Shown: in pieces, positions 31,336 to 39,973 of the stretch
Layout: every line of letters begins with the position of its first letter
Numbering within the stretch: the first letter of the stretch is position 1
From: an uncultured Pseudomonadota bacterium
Lineage (GTDB): Bacteria > Vulcanimicrobiota > Vulcanimicrobiia > Eremiobacterales > Eremiobacteraceae
Assembly: GCA_963736005.1 (NCBI GenBank)
Contig: CAVTNB010000001.1
Coordinates: 960,001-1,024,000 of the forward strand
Length of the DNA: 64,000 nucleotides
Reading direction: 5' to 3'
Position numbers and translations under genes: made by a program
The notes under the pieces: generated by a model
The model's input: the letters and a program-made list of their open reading frames with translations, nothing else
The model's database searches: none
What the model was told of the DNA's origin: nothing

Positions 31336-32940
31336 ATGTTTTTCCTTACCTGCGCCGGTGCTGCGCTCAGCCTTGGTTGCGCGCGAGAGGGTGGAATTGG
31401 GCGTCACTCGACGTATCCATCGGGTTCGATTACCTTCAACCTGTCCGAAGATCCGCACAGCTTGAACCCCATTCTTGCCCGCAACGACGACGAGCGTCAA
31501 ATTGCCCATCTCATGTTCGACATGCTACTCGACGTCGACGACCGCGGGCACCTCATCCCCGCGCTGGCGCTTGAGGTTCCGACGCAGCGCAACCGCGGCA
31601 TCAGCCCCGATGGCCGCACGATCACGTATCACTTGCGTCATGACGTGCGCTGGCAGGATGGACAACCACTCACGGCGGCCGACGTCATTTTCACATGGCA
31701 AGCGATCGTCGACCCCGACAATGACGTGCCAAGCACTCGCGGCTACGACATCGTCGATCTTGTCTTCGCTCCCGATTCGTACACGGTCGTGTTCCGGCTC
31801 AAACGCGCATGGGCCCCGGCGGTGGCGACGCTCTTCACCTATGGCACGAACCCGATGCCGATTCTGCCGGCACACTTGCTGCAAAATCAAAACCTTCGGC
31901 GCTCGGACTTCAACCTGCATCCGATCGGTTCGGGGCCTTACAGGCTCGTTCGCTGGGATCGAGACGACCGCTTGGTGTTGTCGGCGAACGATTCGTACTT
32001 TCGCGGAAAACCCAAAACGTTACAGCTCGTCGCCCAAGTGGTCCCCGACACGAACTCGGCGCTGACGATGTTACGCTCTGGACAGCTCGACTGGTCGCTG
32101 CAATCGCCCGCGCAGCGCCTCGCATTGGGCCGCAGCCCCAACGTGCGATTCGTCTACGTTCCGTTTTCAGGCTTTGGAGCAATCGCATTCAACTGCCGAA
32201 AGTCACCCTTTGACGATGCTCGCCTGCGCATTGCCATCGCGATGGCAATCGATCGCAAACGCTTGAGCGCCGGAATTACCGGCGGCCAGTACGCGGTCGC
32301 CGAGAGCGATCAACCGCCATTTGGGTGGGCACACGATCCTTCTGTACGATTGCCAGCATTCGATCCGCAGCGGGCTGACCGAGCGTTGGATTCGCTTGGA
32401 TGGCGACGGGATCTGGATGGCATGCGCCGCAGAGGTGGCCGGATGCTCGCCATAACGTTCATGACGTTTCCCGAAAGCGACACAGCCGTGCGCACCGCTG
32501 AGTACGTGCAGCAAATGCTGCGCGAGCGCGGCATCGATGTCATCGTAAAGAAAGTGACCTTGGCACAGTTCTACCTGCCTGCGTCCGAGGGCGGCATGCT
32601 CTTATCGGGCCGCTTCGATCTCGCCTATGTCGTGTGGCGATCCGGACTCGATCCGGACGACTCCGACCTCGTCACGTGCCGTGGCTCAGCGAACTATTCG
32701 GGGTTCTGCGACGGCAAGGTCGATGCACTTGAGATGCGCGCGCTCGCAGTGCAGAACCCTGAGGTTCGGCGTTCCCTTTATTTCCAAGTCCAACAACGTC
32801 TCGCGGCGCAGGTTCCCTACGACTTCCTTTACGCGCCGACGTACAGCTACGCCGTGCAGCCCAACGTCGGCGGCTTCCACCCAACCCCGTTCTCGCCCAC
32901 GTGGAATGCGTACGATTGGGTAAAAACGAGCGAATTATAG
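31336..32940 (+). CDS. Peptide ABC transporter substrate-binding lipoprotein (family 5)
   Basis: Lipobox-like LSLGC; YHLRHDVRWQDG, PIGSGPY and AIAMAIDR; exact start uncertain. Confidence 0.9.
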   Translation: MFFLTCAGAALSLGCAREGGIGRHSTYPSGSITFNLSEDPHSLNPILARNDDERQIAHLMFDMLLDVDDRGHLIPALALEVPTQRNRGISPDGRTITYHLRHDVRWQDGQPLTAADVIFTWQAIVDPDNDVPSTRGYDIVDLVFAPDSYTVVFRLKRAWAPAVATLFTYGTNPMPILPAHLLQNQNLRRSDFNLHPIGSGPYRLVRWDRDDRLVLSANDSYFRGKPKTLQLVAQVVPDTNSALTMLRSGQLDWSLQSPAQRLALGRSPNVRFVYVPFSGFGAIAFNCRKSPFDDARLRIAIAMAIDRKRLSAGITGGQYAVAESDQPPFGWAHDPSVRLPAFDPQRADRALDSLGWRRDLDGMRRRGGRMLAITFMTFPESDTAVRTAEYVQQMLRERGIDVIVKKVTLAQFYLPASEGGMLLSGRFDLAYVVWRSGLDPDDSDLVTCRGSANYSGFCDGKVDALEMRALAVQNPEVRRSLYFQVQQRLAAQVPYDFLYAPTYSYAVQPNVGGFHPTPFSPTWNAYDWVKTSEL

Positions 32941-33210
32941 TTTTACAGTCCAGGTTTCGTCGTCGCCTGCTGGCACGAGCAATCCCACGTTGGTCAGCGT
33001 GTCGAAAAGCTCTCGGGTCCGTTTGCGATCGTGCTTGTTTGGCATACCCTGCCACAGCATCGCGGTGCGAGAGATCGTTACGGCACCGTCGCTTGAAAGC
33101 ACGTTGCTTGCGACAAAGTCAACAGTGAAACCAAGCTTTTGGAGGACGCCCATCACGTTGTCAAGCTGATCTTGTGCTATGAGGTAGTCGATGAACTGTT
33201 GCGCGGTCAT
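32935..33210 (-). CDS. Small hypothetical protein (91 aa)
   Basis: Clean ORF converging on the solute-binding protein gene. Confidence 0.6.
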   Translation of the reverse strand: MTAQQFIDYLIAQDQLDNVMGVLQKLGFTVDFVASNVLSSDGAVTISRTAMLWQGMPNKHDRKRTRELFDTLTNVGLLVPAGDDETWTVKL

Positions 33211-33376
33211 CAGGGACGTATTGTAATCTAGAATGGCTGCTACCTCTGCACATGTGCGTTCCTCGAAGCAAAAAGAGCATCGTATAGCAACTCAGATGAA
33301 ACAAATTGAGGGTTCTGCGATACATATGACCGGACACCTTAAACCACCACAAACACTGCAAGGAGCACAACACATC

Positions 33377-33481
33377 ATGGCGCTCACAAAAGGAGTCCCG
33401 ACGCTGACCGATCATCCGACGATCGTCGTTCCGCCTCTTTCAGACGGACCGTTCCAAGGCTGGGGTACGCGCATCGGCTAA
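33377..33481 (+). CDS. Putative small peptide (34 aa, MALTKGVPTLTDHPTIVVPPLSDGPFQGWGTRIG)
   Basis: AAGGAG RBS upstream, AT-rich upstream region and a hairpin immediately after the stop. Confidence 0.5.
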   Translation: MALTKGVPTLTDHPTIVVPPLSDGPFQGWGTRIG

Positions 33482-33510
33482 CGGTCGGGTCTTCCCGACC
33501 GTTCCTTCTT
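33480..33510 (+). terminator. Probable intrinsic terminator
   Basis: AACGGTCGGG-TCTT-CCCGACCGTT 10-bp stem followed by CCTTCTT. Confidence 0.6.
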
Positions 33511-33532
33511 CGGCGCTTCCACAGCGCGCGCG

Positions 33533-34924
33533 TTACGAAGAAGGCTCGCCCAGCAGCTGACGTAGCTGCGTGCGCCGGTAGTCAAAGACCGTTTGCAGAT
33601 CACGGCGCACCATCGGTAAAGCCACATTACTCAGTGGCGCCAAACCCAAAGCATAATCAACTGAATCCCGAACGCTGACTTCTTTTCCCTCAAGCGCGAA
33701 CTCATGCCGATGCCGCCATGCGCGGTAAGGACCGCGCACCGCAATGTCCTCGAATGCCTCTTCCGGCTTCCATTTTGTGATCAGCGTCTTCCATCGTACT
33801 GGGAAGCCTTTGACGTTCATATTGTATTCAATAACTGCGCCGCGTTGCATTTCGATCGGGAGCGGCGTCAGCAGATGGAGCCGGAGTTGCGGCGGGGTGA
33901 GCGATGTTAGGTTCCCTGCGTCAGAGAAAAACGCGAAGACTTTCGATAAAGGAGCATTGACCCGCTCCGCCACTTCGAAATGCTGGAGGCCAGGAGGTCG
34001 TCCGCCGGAGGGATCGATCAAGTCGAGCAGTGTTCGATCGAGTTGTGGGTGCTTCCAGATGAAGCCCGCGTCGTCGGCGACGGCCGGCAGAACTAACTGA
34101 CTTGCGGTCAAGCTGTCGGCGAATTCTCCAAGCGCGACCTTCAACGCGAGCGCGGGCGCCGGCATCAGCGAAGGTCTCCGCATGGCGTAGCCGAGCGCTT
34201 GCGCGAAGCGGCCATTGGTTGCGGGATCTGGAGCGACCGAGTTCACGGCGCCACTGAGGTCCTCGCGATCCAAGGCGAAGAGGAAGAGCGCAACTGCGTC
34301 TTCCAGATGAATCCAGGGCCACCACTGACGGCCTGAGCCCAGCGGGCCGCCGGCGCCGAAGCGAAACGGTGGGAGCATGGCTTCGAGCGCGCCGCCTCCG
34401 CGACCGAGCACAAGACCTTGGCGCAGTCGAACGACGCGCGTGCCAAACTCTTCCGCCACTTGCGCTTCGCGCTCCCAATCGATGCAGACGTGCGCCAAAA
34501 AGTCGGTGCCTGGCACCGAACTTTCTGTTAAAGGTTCATCTTCGCGCGAGCCGTAGTAGCCGCAAGCTGATGAGCTTAAGAGAACCGGTGGTCGTTCTTG
34601 ACATTCCCACATGGCCGTGACAAGATTTCTCGTCGTAACTTCCCGCGAATCGTGGATCTTTTTTTTCTTCTCTTCGCTCCAACGACCGGCAACGGTTTCA
34701 CCGGTGAGATGGATGAGAGCGTCAAGTCCAGCGATAGCTGTGGCAATGTCAGCGATCTTCCCATACGCAAGGTCGAGCCGGCGAATGTCGACCTCTCTTG
34801 GAAAGCACTCTAAGGAGGCAGGATTGCGGACGAAGGCGCGCACAGAATCGCCCCGTTCCGCAAGTGCCGCGACGAGTGCCCGACCGATGAATCCCGAAGC
34901 TCCGGTAACGCCAACTTTCTTCAT
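33533..34924 (-). CDS. TIGR01777-family epimerase/oxidoreductase fused to an SRPBCC domain
   Basis: TGASGFIG, RWSEEKKKKIHDSR and GSGRQWWPWIHLED; C-terminal VFAFFSDAGNL...WRHRHEF. Confidence 0.92.
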   Translation of the reverse strand: MKKVGVTGASGFIGRALVAALAERGDSVRAFVRNPASLECFPREVDIRRLDLAYGKIADIATAIAGLDALIHLTGETVAGRWSEEKKKKIHDSREVTTRNLVTAMWECQERPPVLLSSSACGYYGSREDEPLTESSVPGTDFLAHVCIDWEREAQVAEEFGTRVVRLRQGLVLGRGGGALEAMLPPFRFGAGGPLGSGRQWWPWIHLEDAVALFLFALDREDLSGAVNSVAPDPATNGRFAQALGYAMRRPSLMPAPALALKVALGEFADSLTASQLVLPAVADDAGFIWKHPQLDRTLLDLIDPSGGRPPGLQHFEVAERVNAPLSKVFAFFSDAGNLTSLTPPQLRLHLLTPLPIEMQRGAVIEYNMNVKGFPVRWKTLITKWKPEEAFEDIAVRGPYRAWRHRHEFALEGKEVSVRDSVDYALGLAPLSNVALPMVRRDLQTVFDYRRTQLRQLLGEPSS

Positions 34925-34988
34925 CGTTGCTTCTCAAGGTAACGGAATCTAAAGGTCCGCTGCTCCATGTTGCGAGAAATACTCTCCC

Positions 34989-35549
34989 ATGGGCGTTCAA
35001 GTCACTCTAGCTCTTTTCTTTGCCACAAGCGCAGCGCTCGTGCAACTTGCTTCGACCGCATTTTCTCTGACAAGCGGCGCGTTTGCCAACAACCGCACCA
35101 TTCCGCAGGTGTATTCCTATATGGGAAATGGCTGCACGGGCCACAACCTGTCGCCGCCATTGTCCTGGACATCGGGTCCTGCAAATACAAAAAGTTACGC
35201 GCTGACGGTTTTCGATCCCGACGCGCGGCCGGGTGTGGGGTGGTGGCATTGGGTGGTCTTTGACATTCCGGCAAACGTGATGAAGTTGCCGGCCGGTTCC
35301 GGGGCCGGAAGCGACGCTCTCACTCCGAAGGGATCGATTCAGGGAAGAAACGACTTTCAGATCATTGGATGGGGCGGACCATGCCCGCCGCCCGGGTCGC
35401 CTCCCCATCATTACGTTTTCACGCTCTACGCGCTCGATGTTGCACAGCTGTATGGGGTCAGCACGCTCACGAGCGGGCCCACCCTGCTCAAAGCCATGGA
35501 GGGTCACATCCTCGCCAAGACGACCTTGATAGGCCGCTTCGGCAGATAG
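34989..35549 (+). CDS. YbhB/YbcL family (PEBP, Raf kinase inhibitor-like) protein
   Basis: NLSPPLSW, DPDA, WWHWVVFDIP, GGPCPPPG and HHYVFTLYALD. Confidence 0.93.
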   Translation: MGVQVTLALFFATSAALVQLASTAFSLTSGAFANNRTIPQVYSYMGNGCTGHNLSPPLSWTSGPANTKSYALTVFDPDARPGVGWWHWVVFDIPANVMKLPAGSGAGSDALTPKGSIQGRNDFQIIGWGGPCPPPGSPPHHYVFTLYALDVAQLYGVSTLTSGPTLLKAMEGHILAKTTLIGRFGR

Positions 35550-35553
35550 GATC

Positions 35554-35808
35554 CTAGCGCAGCAAACCCAGATTTGCGAACTCGGCAAGCATCCCATCGA
35601 CGTCGCCGCTGACCGTAACGCGGTCGGCCTCGCTCGCTTGGCAAATCGAATCGACGATATCCGCGGGCGTGCGCTGACCGTCGCACAGCTCGAGGATCTG
35701 ACCGGCCGTCCGGTTGAGAATGTGAACCTTTTGCGCCGAGAGGTGATACACGAGCACTTCTTCCCCAACGGTACGGATTTCGAGGTCGTCAGCTTTGCGA
35801 GGGTTCAC
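35554..35808 (-). CDS. PqqD family protein / RiPP recognition element (RRE)
   Basis: 84 aa with VHILNRTAGQILELCDGQRT...DVDGMLAEFANLGLL, a typical PqqD/RRE pattern. Confidence 0.9.
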   Translation of the reverse strand: MNPRKADDLEIRTVGEEVLVYHLSAQKVHILNRTAGQILELCDGQRTPADIVDSICQASEADRVTVSGDVDGMLAEFANLGLLR

Positions 35809-37443
35809 GTTCGTGCGACTCCTTGTTGATGGGGCGATTTTTCATCGCCCGATGTTTTCCCCATCGCGCCTGCATAGGCGAGCGCGAAGAGACCCGCGAT
35901 TGCCCGCCCAACGATGCGGCCGAACGAGCGCGCCTGCGGCTGCTCGTCGAGGCCATACCGTGGGTCGAGCAAACGCCAGGCCAGGGGACCCAGACGGCGA
36001 CCGGCGGCGTACCAGCCTTCAGTGAGCTGACAGCGCTGCGAAAAATAGAGGGGCACATCTTCACGCCGGGCGCTCCAATCAAGATACCGTCTTCCTTTTT
36101 GGGTCTGCGGCCACGCAATGCCGGCGATACGCGCCCCGAACGCCAGCGAGCCGCTGAATCGAATGGGATCGATTCGCTCCGCGGCAGCGATCTGCTGCAG
36201 CTCTTGTCTCTCGCTCTCGCCCAGTTTTGCCAGCAGGCGCGCGAGCAGCACGGAATCGCGCAAGCGGTGCAAACCTATCGAGTGCACTGCGAGGTGCAAA
36301 GCTGCTCCAGTGGCATCGAGGCACAACACATTACCGGCTGGGCCCTGCACCCATTCCGCGTGCGATCGCAACGTGTCCCAATCAAACGGAGTCGAGAGGA
36401 GTCCGGGCGGCGCAAGCGAGGTATGCAGCTCGACTGCGAATCCTGGAGTCGGCGGAAAAAGTGGGGCCGCATGATGGTGACGCGCCTTATACCGCTCGCG
36501 TAAGAGGGCATAATTTCGTTCGTCGTACCCCTGTGCGCGCAACGCTGCAACCGCATTTTCGAGCTCGGGCGCTGGAACGAGAATGTCGATATCGGAGCTC
36601 GCGTGCAGAACGAAGCCTGGTTCATCTCGGTATGAACGCGCCGCTCCTTTGAGGAGGGCGAACGGCACGTTGTGGCGCGCCAGCGTCGCCGCAATCGATT
36701 CTATCTGACCTCTCAAGGCAATCGTCAGCATCACGCCCTGCCGCACAAGAGGCTGGAGCACACGGCGAAGGTAATCGGCAGCTTCTCCTGCGGTTTGGAA
36801 CGTGCGCAGAGCTTCCACGAGTGTTGCGGAACACCCATGACGGCGAGCCACCGCAACGAGCGCCGACGGCTCGACCCGGGAGAGCGATCGCTCGAAGCCA
36901 ACGCGATCGCCCTGAACGACCGCGGCCATCGAATCGACGAGCGCAAGGTACGAGCGCTCGCGACGCCACGGAAGCGCTCTTCCAATTCGGCGTCCAGCAA
37001 GCTCGAGCTCGAAATGGCAGCGCGCGCAGAGCTCGAGTGCGGGCGTAGAACGCGCCCCGCATACGAAATATCTTCGTATCGACCCTTACGGCACCCGACC
37101 GGTCGTTTTCAAACACTGCTTTCACTTTGCCGACGAGTACGTTCGGGGCGGGATACTCAGGCGACCACGGCCGGGCGTCACCACATGTTTGCAGCTTGCC
37201 ATCGCGGAGACTGGTGACGCGATGGGCAACGAGCTTCCCGTCACTTTCGAAGACAACGACGTCCCCGACGGCAATTCGTTCGGCAACCGGGGCAAGTTCG
37301 AGCACCATTGGTTCCCGCATGAGCGGCAACATGCTCGAGCCCTGCATGGCGAGTCTCGGGGTGCTTGCCGATCCAAGGAGCAACTTGACCGCAGCGATGG
37401 CCGTCGCTGGATTTTGGATCTTCGATTCTGGACTGAGGCTCAC
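35805..37443 (-). CDS. S24/S26-type peptidase domain fused to a nucleotidyltransferase domain; apparent frameshift near 36995
   Basis: N-terminal GSSMLP...GDVVVF...AHRV...GD; C-terminal LLKGAA, SSDIDILV and VELH; GTG start overlaps the upstream stop (GTGA). Could alternatively be two genes. Confidence 0.8.
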
Positions 37444-38393
37444 GGGCCAGCTACCGCAAACATCGGCTTCTCGCGACGAACGGTCGCAGCGATGAGGAGC
37501 GCGGTATCGTCTGGCGTTCCAAGCGTGAGCGCATAGGCGCGCGCCTGCTGCAGGAGTCCGGCAGCAGCGGCTAAGCGGTCCATTCCGGGCGCCGCTCCAG
37601 AAAAGGATGACTCGAGCAGTCGCTGGAGCGCATCGGGGCGCTCCAGCGGCTCTGCCCTGGGCGTGCGGGATTTTCCGGTAATGAAAAAGATTGACTCCAA
37701 CTTTGCGGGTTTTGGCAACGGACTTGCGCCAAAAACTTCGCAGAACTGAATGCATTCCCAATCTTTGCCCGCGTGCCCGCGCAGCGGGCGGGCCATGACG
37801 TCATCGTCTGGCACCTGTTCTGAGAGCAGCAGGTCGATACCGCCCGCGCGAACATTCATCGCTCGAGGAAATGGATAGACAAGTCCGTCCTTGAGCACGC
37901 ATCGTTCGTCCGTGTAGAGACCCATGCCGCGCCGCGCACATGCAAACGCGGTCGTCGACTTGCCACCGGTCGAAATCGCAGAAATGGCTGCGGCCGAGTT
38001 GCCAACGCTGACAGCGGCGGCATGAAATGATAGCAACGAAGGATGTATCCCAAAAAAACCGCGCCCAGTGACCGCGTCAGCGAGGAACGCCACCACGCCC
38101 GTTCCCCGCAAAACCAGAGGATATCGGAACGCCTCGCCCGGCTCGGTAAAGAAGCATGGTTCTTCGTCATCGCTCGCCACAGCGCAGCTGACAAAGTCCG
38201 GACGGCCGCTGCTCAAGAAACTGCGATAGCGCCAACGAAATGCATCGGCTTCGCCCGGCTGATTAAAATGCGCCGCGATTTTCGTGCCAAACCAATCGAC
38301 CAGCACCACCTCGCGCGCCCGATCGAGCAACGCCTGCCGCTTTGCGGCGTCGAGTTCTATGGCAATGAGGTTAGCGGCCGTTACGATGATCAC
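37440..38393 (-). CDS. HprK-related P-loop kinase (second copy)
   Basis: FHAAAV, Walker A AISTGGKST, TDE and PFPRAM; GTGA coupling to the upstream kinase. Confidence 0.82.
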   Translation of the reverse strand: MIIVTAANLIAIELDAAKRQALLDRAREVVLVDWFGTKIAAHFNQPGEADAFRWRYRSFLSSGRPDFVSCAVASDDEEPCFFTEPGEAFRYPLVLRGTGVVAFLADAVTGRGFFGIHPSLLSFHAAAVSVGNSAAAISAISTGGKSTTAFACARRGMGLYTDERCVLKDGLVYPFPRAMNVRAGGIDLLLSEQVPDDDVMARPLRGHAGKDWECIQFCEVFGASPLPKPAKLESIFFITGKSRTPRAEPLERPDALQRLLESSFSGAAPGMDRLAAAAGLLQQARAYALTLGTPDDTALLIAATVRREKPMFAVAGP

Positions 38394-39283
38394 GGCAGCA
38401 GGGCTTCGATTGCGTCGGCGCCATGCTGCGGTGTGCTCGCAACGATCCGGTAGCACGGAATGCCGGCCAACATTTCCGCCGTATCGACAAAACGCTCGAA
38501 GCCTTCGGTATGAGCGTTGAGTCGTTTCGTAAAATCGACAGCCGCAACCGCGGGTGAGACCTGCTCGGTTGTGGTGTTGGTTGAGCTCCGCTCGAGCATG
38601 AAGGCCGCTGTCAGCGGCGCAGGTTCCGCAAACACGTCCTCGCCAAACACGTCGCCGGCATCGATGTTATCCCAAACGCGATCGCCATGCTGCGTGCGCG
38701 GCACAGACGCTTCGCAGACCTGGCGCAAACGCGGATGGTGAAAGACTGAGAGCGTGCGCTCGCGGATGAGCAGCGCCCGGGGCAAGCCCGACACAAACCG
38801 ATCCGCACGGCGTATGAAGGCAAATTCGTCGCTGTAGAAACGTGCACCGCGGGTGAGGAGTTCGAGAGCGAGGGTCGTCTTGCCGATGCCCGACTGAGCA
38901 GAGATCAAGACGGCACAATTGCCGATGCGCAAGGCAGCGGCATACAGCGAGCGCCATGTCGTGTTTTGTCGAAAGCTCAAACGAATGAGCTTGCTGGAAC
39001 CGTAAAACGCTAACCGGAAGTTTGTGGTTGGTCTTTCGTCTGGAAACTCGACTGACTCGCCGTTAAAGTGCAGCCAATCGGCGCCATTGTGTGCCAGGAT
39101 CGAACCGCTGTCGCAGGTTGCGTCAAGCGGATCCGGCAACGGCACGATCGTGCGGCGATACGCCGCGCAAAAGTAGTCTAAAATTTCGGCGGCATCGCTG
39201 CGAACCACGAGCGTGCGCTCGAGTGTCGCAAATGCCTTTTGTTGCATTACGCTCGGGGACGTTGTGGCTGTGCTCGCAAGCAT
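38390..39283 (-). CDS. HprK-related P-loop kinase (first copy)
   Basis: LYAAAL, Walker A AQSGIGKTT, SDE and GLPRAL; TAAGGAAG RBS before ATG 39283. Confidence 0.82.
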   Translation of the reverse strand: MLASTATTSPSVMQQKAFATLERTLVVRSDAAEILDYFCAAYRRTIVPLPDPLDATCDSGSILAHNGADWLHFNGESVEFPDERPTTNFRLAFYGSSKLIRLSFRQNTTWRSLYAAALRIGNCAVLISAQSGIGKTTLALELLTRGARFYSDEFAFIRRADRFVSGLPRALLIRERTLSVFHHPRLRQVCEASVPRTQHGDRVWDNIDAGDVFGEDVFAEPAPLTAAFMLERSSTNTTTEQVSPAVAAVDFTKRLNAHTEGFERFVDTAEMLAGIPCYRIVASTPQHGADAIEALLP

Positions 39284-39585
39284 CGCTGCTTCCTTACCAT
39301 AGAAAAGTAGAGCGGCGCTCTCATGGCGGCCGCCCATTCCCTATGTCGCTTGCAAGAACCGAAGAAGGAATGAGAGCGCCTCATCGCGCTCGGCCAGCTT
39401 CAGACCAAGAAGATGACCTTTAATGTGTATTGTGCACCTTTTACGGCTCGGCTTCCTAATGGCGTTTTGAGGACGGTATTGGTCCAAAAGACCCTCGCAT
39501 TCGGTGAGGCCTCAGCAACTCTTCCCGCAGCGAGTGGAGCAGATGGAAAACCTCGCCGGGCATTGAGTCAATGGTAGCCGCCGCA

Positions 39586-39633
39586 ATAAGAAGGAGCGAG
39601 GGTGCGTGCCTTGGCACGCACCCTCGCTCCTTC
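39586..39633 (-). terminator. Strong hairpin/terminator downstream of the precursor peptide gene
   Basis: Perfect 21-bp inverted repeat (39590-39610 and 39613-39633), followed by TTATT on the minus strand. Confidence 0.8.
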
Positions 39634-39658
39634 GTCTGCGATCGGTTTCGACGCTGAG

Positions 39659-39766
39659 TTATCTATCCCAGGTGACGTTACTGCCGCCTTCGCACCAGTG
39701 GCCAAGAGCGGTTGCGAGAACGATGTTCGCGTCGAGCGATGCAATGATCTTCGGCGTGCTATACAT
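39659..39766 (-). CDS. Putative RiPP precursor peptide (35 aa, MYSTPKIIASLDANIVLATALGHWCEGGSNVTWDR)
   Basis: GAGGAG RBS, ATG 39766, TAA 39659; YxxP leader motif; hairpin after the stop; same strand and directly upstream of the kinase/peptidase/RRE operon. Confidence 0.8.
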   Translation of the reverse strand: MYSTPKIIASLDANIVLATALGHWCEGGSNVTWDR

Positions 39767-39973
39767 TGTGGATGTTTTCTCCTCGGAGTTTTTTGTTGTG
39801 GAACGCCTCATCGCGCCCTTCGCACGGTGTTACCCGATGCTGCATCCCTCGTTCCATGTACGCTCTTTTCTTCCCCAAGAATTTCGATTCGATGTGGTAG
39901 AGACAAAGCCTCACCCCATATGGAAATGGGCCTCGCTCCGGCGCGTTCCTGGGCCGCCGATATTGTATATGAC

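Noticed and set aside
34989..35549. YbhB/YbcL 'kinase inhibitor' as a regulator of the RiPP kinases
   Set aside because: It is convergent, appears secreted and belongs to a widespread family; the name comes from eukaryotic RKIP and no link is evident.
35554..39766. Lasso peptide or PQQ biosynthesis cluster
   Set aside because: No asparagine-synthetase-like cyclase, B2 protease or pqqBCE gene in the window; the precursor lacks the PqqA ExxxY motif and lasso ring spacing.
39602..39973. 124-aa N-terminal extension of the ABC ATPase in the ORF track
   Set aside because: It spans the hairpin and the antisense precursor gene; the ABC domain begins at ATG 39974.
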